Assembly (NCBI GenBank): GCA_009859145.1
Contig: VRVR01000017.1
Coordinates: 321,107 to 385,106, forward strand
DNA: 64,000 bases
Direction of reading: 5' to 3'
DNA from: Andalucia godoyi And28
Taxonomy: Eukaryota; Protista; Jakobida
Positions 9,973-20,652 of this stretch are shown piece by piece (within the stretch, counting starts at the first letter, position 1; each line of letters opens with the position of its first letter). The notes beneath the pieces were generated by a model. That model was given only the letters and a program-made list of their open reading frames with translations, did not search any database and was not told the origin of the DNA. Made by a program: the position numbers and the translations under genes.

Positions 9973-10569
9973 ATGTCGAATATAGCAAGTCTAGATCGGA
10001 CGATTAAAGATTTGTGGGCTCGTCGAGAGCGGGTTGCAAAAGAGGTTGTGCGAGATGAAGACGAGCTGTGTACGGTGAATCGGGAAATTGCACAGCTACG
10101 AGAACGCATGGATGCATTAAGAAAAAAGGCTGTTGTTCGAGAGGCGTTGCATTCGAAGATGGTGGATACACAGAAACGAAGCATTGCGGAATTCAAACAG
10201 ATCAACCAGGATTCAATGGAGCTCAAGCACAATGCGAATTTCAAGAGTGTGAAGTCCATGGGCTCGTTCATTGATTCGCAAAGGGATGGACGGGCAGTTG
10301 CACTGACGCCCAGGCTTACGTCCAGAGCAAAAGACCAGATGGGCTCTACGTTCAACATGACTGCATCACGGTCTGCCCAGGCCCATCGTCACGATGACCA
10401 CGATCTGTCGATGGCCGGCAGCGCGACTGTGAGTTCAGCATCGACGTCGCGGCTCAACGTTGGGTCTTCATCAAGAGCGGACTCGGCAAACTCTACTCCC
10501 CGCAACACCCATAAGACCAGTCAGGAACGGCTGTTTACCCCGCGGATGACGACCCCGCGGAAATCTTAA
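9973..10569 (-). CDS. SSNA1/DIP13/NA14-like coiled-coil protein with a disordered C-terminal extension
   Basis: IKDLWARRERVAKEVVRDEDELCTVNREIAQLRERM matches the heptad and residue spacing of SSNA1 ([36 protein letters not shown], recalled from memory). Confidence 0.6.
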
Positions 10570-10599
10570 TCCAGCCCTCGTTCTCCCTCTTCCTTTCTC

Positions 10600-10600
<1 letters not shown>

Positions 10601-10643
<43 letters not shown>
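10601..10643. repeat. (TCA)n microsatellite
   Basis: Direct reading. Confidence 0.95.
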
Positions 10644-10869
10644 ATTTGTAGAGTTTCTCCCTTGAATGTGTTTGCCTCTCCTCGTGTATTTATTTATTTA
10701 TTTTAATTTTGAATATTTTTGTTGCGCATGTACGTTATTGTTTTGCATTCGACTGTTGTTCAATAGAGTGGATATAAACAGTAGGATTTCAGACGTAGTT
10801 TACTTTCTCATCATCCTTCGCCTATATTGCATACTGAGCATCGCGAATCATTTGCTGACCATCCATACT

Positions 10870-11110
10870 CAGTCTTGCGCCGGAACCAAAGGTGAATTCA
10901 ATTCAGAAACGGGGAGGTCAGGCCCTCCCAGTACGAGGAAGCGTTCTTCCAATTGCTGCGGCGCGTACCATTTTTCCAATCTCGATGCAGCCGTGTGCCA
11001 GACATGACAGGCAAGGCAAACACAGCACGAGATCGCCAGAGGAACGCAGGATGGTGAGGCGACACATTTCTGATCTTCCCAAGGGTTCAAATTGCAGGGC
11101 ACTTTTTAGT
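10870..11110 (-). mobile_element. Probable decayed Fanzor2/TnpB mid-protein fragment
   Basis: Frames give EMCRLTILRSSGDLVLCLP (WED-like), GCIEIGK, and FLVLGGPDLPVSEL, in the expected order but with deletions. Confidence 0.4.
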
Positions 11111-11154
11111 CTTAAAGCCCTCCCTCTTGGCATACTGGAAAAAACGAAAGGCCC

Positions 11155-13890
11155 TCAGTCGTGAGAGGAGCGATGCCGCCGGCGATAGAACAACACATAG
11201 GCTGACGGGCTGTCCAAGTCTCGTTGATTGGCAGCGGCTACCCACGAGTCGTCAAACTTGTACCACGAAACATTCTCATCCTTTCCAGACAAGGCAGATG
11301 CGGTGTAGTGGCCCCCGGACAAGGAGCCGAAATGGTTCGAAGTTGCAAATAGATCATACACGGTGTCCGACGCATCCGTAACTCCGTGTGCAGCGCTGTC
11401 CAGATACGGAGAAACATCAAGTCCTTCGACTGGGAAATTAATGGTCGTTTCCAGTTTGCTCCGGAACAATGAGGAATACGAGAAGCGCTTCAGATGAATA
11501 ACCAGAACCTCGGGCAACCGAGCCAAGTCAAACTTCTTTGATGCATGAACATGGGCTTTGCACTTTGGACAATACCACTGATCGTTGTCACCGAGAATTT
11601 CCTGCTTGACAAACATATCCAGACAGCTAGCGATGCTGCAGCCCGACTCTCGATCTGCCTTGTATTTGTGGATTGATGGATCTTCCACGACCTTGTCCTC
11701 CAGTTTACGAATGTCAAAGTCGCGATCCTCGAAAATCACTTGGTATTTGTTCTTCTCCCCATACGTGTAAAGCGGGTCTTCTGGGACAATTGTAAATGGC
11801 GATTCGCCATCTGCTTGATCGGTAGCATGCTCCGTATCGTCTTCGCGTGTCTCCACCGCGGCAGACGGTTCCGCGTCCTGTGCATCAATGTCCATCTGCG
11901 ATGCTACGCGCTTTGACGACTGTGCAAGCTGCGTCGCGTCCAGGAAGAACCGCAGTACGCTTGTGATGTGCTCCGTTACTCGATCATCCTTGGGAATCAC
12001 AAACGGAAGCCCGAGCTCGTGAGAAACGTTGCGTGAGGATCCATACGACCGCTCTCGACGACGGATGGAAACAAAATAGTATCCATTCTCCGGGGCTTCT
12101 GAAAACACATAGACATTTTGGACTTCGCGAACTACATGGCTGGATTCTATGGTCTTCGAGGATTCTATGATTCGATGGATGCGATCATGCCACGATTCCG
12201 CGAGCACCATGAAATGATCCACTGGAATGTCAGCTTGAGTGCGAACCAAATCCAACAAAAATTTCACAGATCGTCCTCGAGTGATGCTGACAATCATGTC
12301 TCGCACGGACACGTCGGTGCCACTCATGTCCCATAAGCGAACGTGGACAGGAATTTGAGACTCATTCGGCAACGGCAACGAAAGGTACATGAAAGGATCC
12401 CATGTGACAGACACCAAGCTGCAACTTGGGCAAACCAGGGTAGACTTGAGCTGCCCTTGGAAGAGGTCCACGATGACCGAATCATTCCGCGCCTTGTGCA
12501 ATGCCCATGCTTCCTCTGCAGACTTGACATTTGAGAGATCTGTGTATGGTTTCTGTTTCACTCTGTTGAGGTCTTCATGAAGGCCGTCGAGTAGGAATGC
12601 AAGCAGCTCCTGGGAATCATGTTGAGCGTACCCGGAAAACTGCGGCGCAAACCGACCCAGAGTGAATTTGAATTCTCGTGGGGTAACAACGGAATTTGGA
12701 GACCCGGACCACACTTCCCGAATCAATCGACCGAATTGGTCCGCAATGTATCCACCGGAGCCAAGTGCATTATCTCGATTCACTTCCTTGGTCCACCTCT
12801 CGTAATCGCTAAAATACTCCTTCAGAGGGACGGTGTGCATCAAGCACTGCAGCCCCGAGTTCATGAAACAAGTATTTCCCAAATTCGAGAGACCACAAAG
12901 GCCGGCGCCGTCCATAGGAGCAGGCTTTGCTCTCTTTTCATCCAAATAGGAGTGCTGCCCTTCTCTGGCGTTGCCGTGTCCGCGGCTGAGCCACATACTG
13001 TTACAGCTGTTGCTGCTGTTTCCTCCACTTGACAAGGAGTTATGTGGGTACCCGCTCTTCGACGTGGATGTCGAGCGACCTCCTGCTGGGTAAGTAGAAC
13101 CGTGATCGAACTCGTCCGAGCTTGAATTCGAATGCATCGACGCCACGGAGGATGAAGGAGATGGGATGAGCGAGTCCTCATCCGCAGCTGTGGCGCCCTC
13201 CGATACTCCAGTTCCATTCAAGACGGCAAAGTCAGATCCGCGCTCCAACAACGCACCGTCGAACAATTCGAGCTCTTCCAAAGACTTCTGGTCGTCGAGA
13301 ATAGCAACCTTGCCCGCAACCGACAGCCGCACGTACATCGGAATCCTGCAAAAGGACTTTATCTGACGAAGCGGCCATTTCTTCGACGCAAACAGCACGT
13401 GTTTTTCATCCTGCATCGACGCTGTCGAACTGGCAGACAACTGAAGCGTAATTTTCCAAGGATGCACCTCGACAGTGAGGTTTCCAGAGCCCGTTGTCGT
13501 GTCCTTCACAACCGGTCTTGGTACATGTGGTCCACCTCCGCACTTTTTCATGATCCAATCGTACTGCTCTTCATTGACAAGAACATAATCAAATGGCTCC
13601 ACCGCAGCAGCGCTCAATCGACACGGTCTTTCAGCCAAACTCTCGTCGACCGACACAATTCGAGAGTTGTCCACAGCTTCAAAGCTGTCCCATGACTCAT
13701 CCTGGAACCGATGCAGCCACTCCGTGCTCACGACATACATGATCTCGCCTTCCCGCATCGGCCGGTGCAGCCTGTCAAACTCGCTAGTACGAGCCGACAG
13801 CGGTAGAGACACGCAACTTCCAGTGTGCAACGATCCCTCTGTATACAGCGAATCCGGACATACCACATGCACTTCCGCCGTAACCGTCAT
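11155..13890 (-). CDS. Ubiquitin-specific protease, USP4/11/15 type (DUSP-UBL-split catalytic domain)
   Basis: GLSNLGNTCFMNSGLQCL, QHDSQELLAFLLDGLHEDLNR, WYCPKCK, NHFGSLSGGHYTA, SAYVLFYRRR. Confidence 0.95.
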   Translation of the reverse strand: MTVTAEVHVVCPDSLYTEGSLHTGSCVSLPLSARTSEFDRLHRPMREGEIMYVVSTEWLHRFQDESWDSFEAVDNSRIVSVDESLAERPCRLSAAAVEPFDYVLVNEEQYDWIMKKCGGGPHVPRPVVKDTTTGSGNLTVEVHPWKITLQLSASSTASMQDEKHVLFASKKWPLRQIKSFCRIPMYVRLSVAGKVAILDDQKSLEELELFDGALLERGSDFAVLNGTGVSEGATAADEDSLIPSPSSSVASMHSNSSSDEFDHGSTYPAGGRSTSTSKSGYPHNSLSSGGNSSNSCNSMWLSRGHGNAREGQHSYLDEKRAKPAPMDGAGLCGLSNLGNTCFMNSGLQCLMHTVPLKEYFSDYERWTKEVNRDNALGSGGYIADQFGRLIREVWSGSPNSVVTPREFKFTLGRFAPQFSGYAQHDSQELLAFLLDGLHEDLNRVKQKPYTDLSNVKSAEEAWALHKARNDSVIVDLFQGQLKSTLVCPSCSLVSVTWDPFMYLSLPLPNESQIPVHVRLWDMSGTDVSVRDMIVSITRGRSVKFLLDLVRTQADIPVDHFMVLAESWHDRIHRIIESSKTIESSHVVREVQNVYVFSEAPENGYYFVSIRRRERSYGSSRNVSHELGLPFVIPKDDRVTEHITSVLRFFLDATQLAQSSKRVASQMDIDAQDAEPSAAVETREDDTEHATDQADGESPFTIVPEDPLYTYGEKNKYQVIFEDRDFDIRKLEDKVVEDPSIHKYKADRESGCSIASCLDMFVKQEILGDNDQWYCPKCKAHVHASKKFDLARLPEVLVIHLKRFSYSSLFRSKLETTINFPVEGLDVSPYLDSAAHGVTDASDTVYDLFATSNHFGSLSGGHYTASALSGKDENVSWYKFDDSWVAAANQRDLDSPSAYVLFYRRRHRSSHD

Positions 13891-14227
13891 TGCTTCTTGC
13901 TCAACCCAGATATATACGAGAAAAAAAGACGGGCCGAAATGAAAAGAAGAAAAAACGTCTACTGCCTCGTCAACGCGGATAAGGAGACAAACGCAAAGAG
14001 AACCCAAGGAGAAACCCCCTCCCCACCTTACATTGTACCGTAATCGTAGTTCGCGTGTTCGCGGAGAGCTTAAATCGGTTCAAGTGCTGTGTCTCAAGTT
14101 GATACTGCGAAAAACACGCATCCGCGAAAAAGCCGTTCTCATGTTTTTTAACTGCTCACGCTGCTTACAAGACCTACTGGCATGTTCTCGCATCGATTGA
14201 AAACATCCGACCCGGGAAAAGAAGAGA

Positions 14228-15046
14228 ATGAACCGTGTGCACTTGTGGCGAGCATGCCGTTGTATTAGTAGCAGCAGTAGCACCAGCAGTAGTAGTAGTA
14301 GTATTGCTGCAGCTGTGCGGTGGCGACGGTTTTCCTCGTTTGTGCCGCTTGATACTACGGCCGCTGCGCCGCAAGTCAACGAGCTTGTTGCGGCGGCACT
14401 CAGGTCTACGAGGTCCAGTGCAAGCGCACGGAACGCAGAGTCTAGAAAATGGGGGCATGGAGGCCGAATGCCGCGTGTAAACTCCCTTTTGCACAGCTCA
14501 ATCAACTCCATTTTGCGAACGCGGGTTTCCGACCAGCTCGTGATGCATGCTCAGGTCGTGGTGACGAATGTCGAGACTTCGCGGGACCTTGGAATTGCGA
14601 AATGCTACTTTTCCTTTTCCATGGATGCTCTGCAGCACCAGCACCACCATCATCATAGTAGTAATAACAGTAGTAGCACTGCTCATCGTGAAATCAAAAG
14701 TAGCAACAGCAGCATTGGTCCTGCTGAGGATGGTGACAAGATGGTTGCGGTGGAAAACAAGGAGGCGAGTGCTCGGCAGCCTGACGAGGAAGGAGTCCTG
14801 GGCGCCGACAGGAAAAGGCCGCACGCCCCTAGGTTCCTTGGGAAGGACATGGAGCAAGCTGGATTGTGGGTAGAACACTATCTCAACACACACCTGTCGG
14901 CGTTTGTTCGAAGAAAGGTGTCGGAGAGCTCGGGGCTGGCTAGGGTCCCCAGATTGCACTTCGTCGTTGACGAGACGAGGTCACAGATGGCTGCTGTGGA
15001 AACCACGCTCAACTTGATCCGGTTTGCCGATTCCCCCAGAAGCTAG
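14228..15046 (+). CDS. rbfA: Mitochondrial ribosome-binding factor A
   Basis: Arg/Ser-rich presequence, VVVTNVETSRDLGIAKCYFS and RVPRLHFVVDE motifs, with a His/Ser-rich insertion in the domain. Confidence 0.75.
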   Translation: MNRVHLWRACRCISSSSSTSSSSSSIAAAVRWRRFSSFVPLDTTAAAPQVNELVAAALRSTRSSASARNAESRKWGHGGRMPRVNSLLHSSINSILRTRVSDQLVMHAQVVVTNVETSRDLGIAKCYFSFSMDALQHQHHHHHSSNNSSSTAHREIKSSNSSIGPAEDGDKMVAVENKEASARQPDEEGVLGADRKRPHAPRFLGKDMEQAGLWVEHYLNTHLSAFVRRKVSESSGLARVPRLHFVVDETRSQMAAVETTLNLIRFADSPRS

Positions 15047-15749
15047 ACTGCAGCACATTTATCGTCTCTTCGTTCATGTACTTTCAAATTGTTGTGCGTT
15101 GCTCCATTTGTCAACTCCTTCTACTACTATTATTATTATTATTACTACTACGACTACTAATGCCACTGCTGCTGCTCCAGCACTCACCCGGCTCCTCCGT
15201 CCTGTCCCGGCTTTTTGTAAACCCGCTCGTTTTTGGGCTTTTTTGATTCTGTGGAGATTCTGGTGTACGAGTTCTTCCAGGACGTGCTCGCCCTGCTCCT
15301 TCAAAGTTCGATCACACACGAAGTCTTCTGCTTGTCCTCATGGTCGCGGAATTTCCTTTGCAAGTCGACTGTGGCGTGCGGAAGCGGCTGTCATTCCAGT
15401 TCATTGTTTGGTGCTGAGATCTTTCTTCTGGACAAGCCATTCGGTTGCTCGCATACCGTTTACGTTCTGCTCGGACAACCATCGGATCGGGCGGCGAGAT
15501 CCTCTTGCAAAACAGACAGGATTCCCGTCGGATGTCGACAAAAGATTCCGGCACTAGCACTGCAGACCTTGGCAAGGAGTTCTTTGGAATCTCAACTTTT
15601 CTTTCCAATCTTTTTTTCTTTCTCGAAAGTGTTCTTCTTCCATGTTGCTGTTTTCCTCCGCCACAACCGCTCCAAGGGAAAAAAAGAAGAATTATTAAAA
15701 AAAGGAAAACACTGTGTGTTTTTGCGTATTTTTACCTCTCCTCTGTTCC

Positions 15750-15815
15750 GCGCCGCACCACACCACACCACACCACACCACACAGCACCGCACTGCACTA
15801 CACTACACTACACAC
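15750..15815. repeat. CACCA/CACTA pentamer tandem repeat
   Basis: caccacaccacaccacaccacacagcaccgcactgcactacactacactacac, just upstream of the LRR gene. Confidence 0.85.
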
Positions 15816-15845
15816 ATTCTTCGCGTTTTACCTTTTTTAAAAAAG

Positions 15846-18017
15846 ATGATGCGGTCCATGATGTCCGATGCAATGTGCATTCCGAATCTTGCGCTCCGGA
15901 TATGCACGTTTCTTCGAACCGATGACATCGCCAGCGTCGGGATGGTTTCCCACAGCTTCTCCGTCTACTCATGGTTTGCAATGGCCCGATTCCTGGAGCG
16001 CGATCTTGCAGACCGATGCACGGGTGGAAAGGGCATCTTGACCAGAGAATGTGTCGATGACATGCCCCGATGGCTGTCCCGCATCCCTGTGCAAGCCCGC
16101 TGGATGCTGTACAAGGTTGATCTGTGCAACTTGGCGAGAGGTGTGGATGCTCACATCTTTATTTCGTGGTGGAATCACATGTCGAACTACTGCCCGAACA
16201 TATCCGAGCTTCGTCTGGAGAATTTCCTAGTAACAAGGTACGAAGACGAGACCCCGTCTGCAATCTTGCGTGAATTGGGTCGGGCAGAATCGTTTCGGAA
16301 GCTGCGTGTCCTTTCGTGCTCCGAGGTGCGGTTCCTCAAATCTGCATCCCAGCATACACAGCGGCATGCGCATCCGCTGGGAATAGCATCGGACACTGAG
16401 GAGTTTGAAGCGCTGTGCGACGCAACGATGTGGAACTTGGAGGCTCTTCGATGGAACTGCAATGTCAAAAGCGACTATTCTGGCGAAGGGACTTGCCGAC
16501 GCATCCAAAGACATGCAAACGCTCTTTCCCAGGCGTATTTTCTGCCGATTATCCAATCCCTCATTATAGGTGATCTTAAGAAGACGCCAATCACAGAAAG
16601 CCACGACGCAGATTACCAGATGGACATGCATGCGTCACTCGAAAAGCTCATCCAGAGTATCCGTTCGGATGCTGTTGCGCTAGAGAATCTCCAGCTGTCA
16701 TTTTTCGGTTTTGAACACCCTCTTTGGAAGGCGTTTCACCGAGACGACAAGACGCGCCACGGGGATCCAATTCCGCGTCTCCGGATGGTCATCGAACTGC
16801 CTGGTGCTGTCATCAGCCCGGGGGCATCCGGCTGCTACTCGACCGATACTCCACTGCTGGGGAAGGATGTGTTTCCCCCAATTCCACTGAATGTTAGCTG
16901 CGACTCTGCGCTGCCGATGACGCATCATTCGGCCCAAGATTTGTCCCCGTCCACATGGGATACACTGTGCAACTCACCATGGACTCCGTCGGTGGTGGAG
17001 CTCACATTGGAGCGCAATTTCCCGACCTCCCCTGCAACCTCGGCAACCGTCTGCGGTGCACTTCCTGCAGCCTCTACGTTTCTCGACGACGACAGTTTGG
17101 ACACTGAAAGTTTGAGTTTGCCGAGGTGTCCGCAGGGATTCGCGAACCTCGCCCTGTCCACGCTATCCTTCTCGTGCACTTGGTTCAATGACGACGTTCT
17201 CACTGCTGCATTGAAGGATGATGCCCATTCTACGCTTCGCAGAACCCTCCGTTGTCTCCGGTTCCACGGACCATTCCATCGCGATTCCGAAGAGTCAATT
17301 TCGTTTGTTCCGTTGTTCGAGCATCCATGGCATGCCCTTGAGGAACTGTATCTCTGGGGCACATTTTCCCGCAGAAAATGTCTCATTGATGATGTCATCT
17401 CTCTTATCAAGGCCCCTCAGTTGCTGACTCTGTCCTTCTCGTCGTTCTCTCTCTCTGATGCGTCGACCGAATGCTTGTTGAAACACCTTCCACGATTTCC
17501 ACTCTTGCACACGCTCGATGTCCACGGCGCCTTTCGAGGCGGAGATCAAGTGCTATTGGCACTGTCGAGATTGTCTGTCCTGAGCCATCTGCGCACACTC
17601 AACCTGCGGGTCTGCGGAGTGACGGTCGATGGTCTCAACCGTGCAGTTCAGATCGCATCAGACCAACTTCCCACCGTCTCGAATCTTTCACGCTTGGAAA
17701 TGCTCAGCATTCGCTCCGAGGGTCTCGGCCGCAGAGGCTTGGAATCCATTTGGACTTCGAGAGTCTTTTCCTCGCTGCGGAAGCTTGTGTTCCATGAAAA
17801 CGGAGTCACGAAACACGATCTAATGGACTTGCTGAGCGATCCGGTCGTCGTTTGTCAGTTGCGGAGCTTGTGTGAGTTTGAGTGCAGGATGTGGAACCTG
17901 GCTTCTGAGCAGGATGATGTACAGTCTAGAAGGGTTCTTGATGCGGTTGCGCGGCTCAATCTGCCGTTTCTCAACCGATTCTCGCTCGCAAACTGGCAGC
18001 TCGCCGTCAACGACTGA
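15846..18017 (+). CDS. F-box-like/LRR (RNI-like) protein
   Basis: N-terminal LRICTFLRTDDIASVGMVS (F-box-like) and C-terminal LxxLxL repeats (LEELYLW, LHTLDVHG, LRTLNLR, LEMLSIR). Confidence 0.65.
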   Translation: MMRSMMSDAMCIPNLALRICTFLRTDDIASVGMVSHSFSVYSWFAMARFLERDLADRCTGGKGILTRECVDDMPRWLSRIPVQARWMLYKVDLCNLARGVDAHIFISWWNHMSNYCPNISELRLENFLVTRYEDETPSAILRELGRAESFRKLRVLSCSEVRFLKSASQHTQRHAHPLGIASDTEEFEALCDATMWNLEALRWNCNVKSDYSGEGTCRRIQRHANALSQAYFLPIIQSLIIGDLKKTPITESHDADYQMDMHASLEKLIQSIRSDAVALENLQLSFFGFEHPLWKAFHRDDKTRHGDPIPRLRMVIELPGAVISPGASGCYSTDTPLLGKDVFPPIPLNVSCDSALPMTHHSAQDLSPSTWDTLCNSPWTPSVVELTLERNFPTSPATSATVCGALPAASTFLDDDSLDTESLSLPRCPQGFANLALSTLSFSCTWFNDDVLTAALKDDAHSTLRRTLRCLRFHGPFHRDSEESISFVPLFEHPWHALEELYLWGTFSRRKCLIDDVISLIKAPQLLTLSFSSFSLSDASTECLLKHLPRFPLLHTLDVHGAFRGGDQVLLALSRLSVLSHLRTLNLRVCGVTVDGLNRAVQIASDQLPTVSNLSRLEMLSIRSEGLGRRGLESIWTSRVFSSLRKLVFHENGVTKHDLMDLLSDPVVVCQLRSLCEFECRMWNLASEQDDVQSRRVLDAVARLNLPFLNRFSLANWQLAVND

Positions 18018-18034
18018 TATTCGCCATCTCCCAG

Positions 18035-18930
18035 ATTATTCCGTTGGGAGAGTCCCAAACAAACGTCGGTCTTATCACAGAATCAAATGCCTTTTCCAAT
18101 TCCACGAAACACAAGAATGAAGATTCATTTGATCTGCACCGTTGCTGAAGGATCTTCGATAACGCACAACACTGATGCAGGCAATTACCAATCCCGTTTG
18201 AAAGTTCGGAAGAAACGGTCCTCCGCTCTGGTCCTTGTGAGACTCAAAGTGTTGAGAGAACAAGCTGATTGGGTCTGTCGTTTCCGGGGTGCTCTCAGTC
18301 ATCCTTGTCATTTTTGAAAACGAGAGTTATACTTGACCGTCCCCAGGAAACTGGCATTTTTTTCTTCCGATATCCACACTTTGCCCAAAACTGTAAAACA
18401 GAACATATTGAATTCGCAAGTCCATACTTCCAAGGAGTCCCGGCAAGGCAGAATCTGGTCCTGGAGCCTTTTCGGCATCAGTATGGGAGAGGGCAGTCAC
18501 AAGCTCCTCGGGAGAAAAAGTGGGAGTCGCAAAGGCCTCCATCCGCAGCAGTTGATTGGATAGCATTCTTATCAGTAAGAACTAGGCGGAAGTCCGTAAA
18601 AGATATGCAGTTAGGGGACTGCTGATGATTCGCGGTTAAATCGGGTAAAAGATGATCGACAGGCAATTCAGGCTGCAGAGGGTACTGAAGATGCTTCAAA
18701 CCCAGCTCTCAGAGTCATCTCAAAAAAGGCTTTTCTTTTTTCTTGTTTCCCAAAGCTGATCTGCTGTAAGGCGGCTCCATAGCCGGTGATGGTGATTGAC
18801 ATTTGACATTCCGATCTCAACGATTCTGCTTCGGCCAAGTTTCCCGATTTGGGTTTTTTGGGATAGTCCGACATGAATTCAATCGAAGAACCCAAACTGC
18901 CATCGAGAACGCAGTCGTTTCCCAACCTCC
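18035..18930 (-). mobile_element. Degenerate non-LTR (LINE) retrotransposon reverse transcriptase fragment
   Basis: Ordered motifs across stops and frameshifts: FSPEELVTALSHTDAEKAPGPD; MPVSWGRSSITLVFK; PGNDRP/ISLFS; CFVELEKAFDSV. Confidence 0.85.
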
Positions 18931-19246
18931 TCGTTGTTATGGTTTTTCACCCGTCGCCCTCTCCTTTTCCTCTTTCCTTTTTCCTTTTCCTTTTCCTTTT
19001 CCTCCGGGTTTACGCGCAACATCTTCTTCTTGGTTTATTCATTCCTTCTGTTTCTCCCAACGCGCATTTAGAACTGATCGTCGCTGCCACCTGATCTCTC
19101 CAATTCTAGATTTGAGCTTTTCCCGGTGTTTTATTGTTTTAATTAATTGTTTTAATTTTTTGTCTTTTTGTCTTTTTTTTTTTTTTAAATTATATATTTT
19201 GTTCGCATTGCATCATTATTTTTCAAAGTGCTTAAAACGGAATAGA

Positions 19247-20212
19247 ATGGCTGACATCTTTTCGCTGACAGAAGTGTCAGTACCTGCAATGCCTTCTGCT
19301 CGGCCCTCCAAAGTGCTTCTGACTGCTCGGCCTGATCATTCGTCCACTGCACCGCACCAGCCGCAGTCTCATTCTCAGTCTCAGGCTCATCCGCATGGCC
19401 CAACTCATCCGCAGCACTCTCAGCCGCTCTCAAAGCCTCAATTTCGATCACGGACTCCCCCGGCAAAACAGTCCCGGCCAACGCAGAGCAGCACAGGCCA
19501 TGCCAATGTCGGTGTAAGATCGTCAAAGGCTGAAAGGTCTGCTTCTCGAGGCTCAAACCAGATGTCGGTAAGCTCCCAGCCTATGAATCTGCCGGTTCAG
19601 GACCCATCTCTCCCCAACCACTCCAATGTCAACCATAATAGCAACAGCAGCGGCATCAGTCATAACAATGGACCTGCGAATGGGAATGTGAATATTCCAA
19701 GAGTTCCACTTTCGGCGCTTCGACAGACTTCGGCATCGTTGGCTCTTGAGCACGCAAGAAAGAGTGGTGGATCGCGATCGGAAGTGTCGTCTGTCACTTC
19801 GTACCTGTACTCGGACTGGGATGACGCTACCTCGGTGAACACAGCGTCGACAAACACACGGCATCGACTTGCCGAACTTGAAAAAACTCTGGGTTTAGAG
19901 CGGAGACAGCGTGAAGAAACAGAAAAGAAGTTACTGGAGCTGCAGCAAAGACAAGATGCCATTCTTCAGGAGCTTCAAAAGTCGGGCTACGTCGACGTTC
20001 CGTTGCACAATGCGTCGCCGGAAACTCTTGAAAAGCGGCTTAGACAGGCCGAGTCAGAGCTCGATCTCCTTCGAAGATCAATGTCATCAACTTCGGCTGC
20101 CGATGATGCGCTCGATAATGCTCTTCGAAACACGGCAATGGCTCCCAGACCAGTCACGCGCACAAAATACACGGTCGACTTTGCAGGACGCCTTGTGCCA
20201 TCCTACTATTAG
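19247..20212 (+). CDS. Hypothetical low-complexity protein with a C-terminal coiled coil
   Basis: Long ORF after an AT-rich leader; TRHRLAELEKTLGLERRQREETEKKLLELQQ. Confidence 0.7.
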   Translation: MADIFSLTEVSVPAMPSARPSKVLLTARPDHSSTAPHQPQSHSQSQAHPHGPTHPQHSQPLSKPQFRSRTPPAKQSRPTQSSTGHANVGVRSSKAERSASRGSNQMSVSSQPMNLPVQDPSLPNHSNVNHNSNSSGISHNNGPANGNVNIPRVPLSALRQTSASLALEHARKSGGSRSEVSSVTSYLYSDWDDATSVNTASTNTRHRLAELEKTLGLERRQREETEKKLLELQQRQDAILQELQKSGYVDVPLHNASPETLEKRLRQAESELDLLRRSMSSTSAADDALDNALRNTAMAPRPVTRTKYTVDFAGRLVPSYY

Positions 20213-20652
20213 TTGCGCACGGATATCGCTCCGAGTTTGCGGTTGTATTTCCATCCCTTTTTGTCTGCTATATTATTATACTGTATTCTATGATATATAC
20301 TTTTTCTCTTGATCACGGGTCATTCTTCAATCTGCATTGCCTTGATGATATTGATTACCTTGTTGTGGTAATGGGCAGTAGTAGTGGTCGTGGTAGTGGT
20401 CGTGCACATGCGCATCATTGAACGGTGGGTAATCCAGGTGCGTTGCATTCGTTTTACATTTTCTGAACTATTCATTTCCCGCAGACACCCAACTCATCGA
20501 CGAACACTACTATCCCAACACTGTGAATCCAGCGCAGGCTAAAGCAAAAACAACCACCTCCACCCACCCAACAAGCAAACCAGCAGACAACAGGTGCACA
20601 ATCATGGAAGAAGAAAAAGGAGGACAAAAGGAAAGAGCAAACCAGAGAAACT

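Noticed and set aside
18620-18690. TGATGA...CTGA box pair
   Set aside because: It lies antisense within the LINE relic and has no guide or terminal stem, so it is likely chance.
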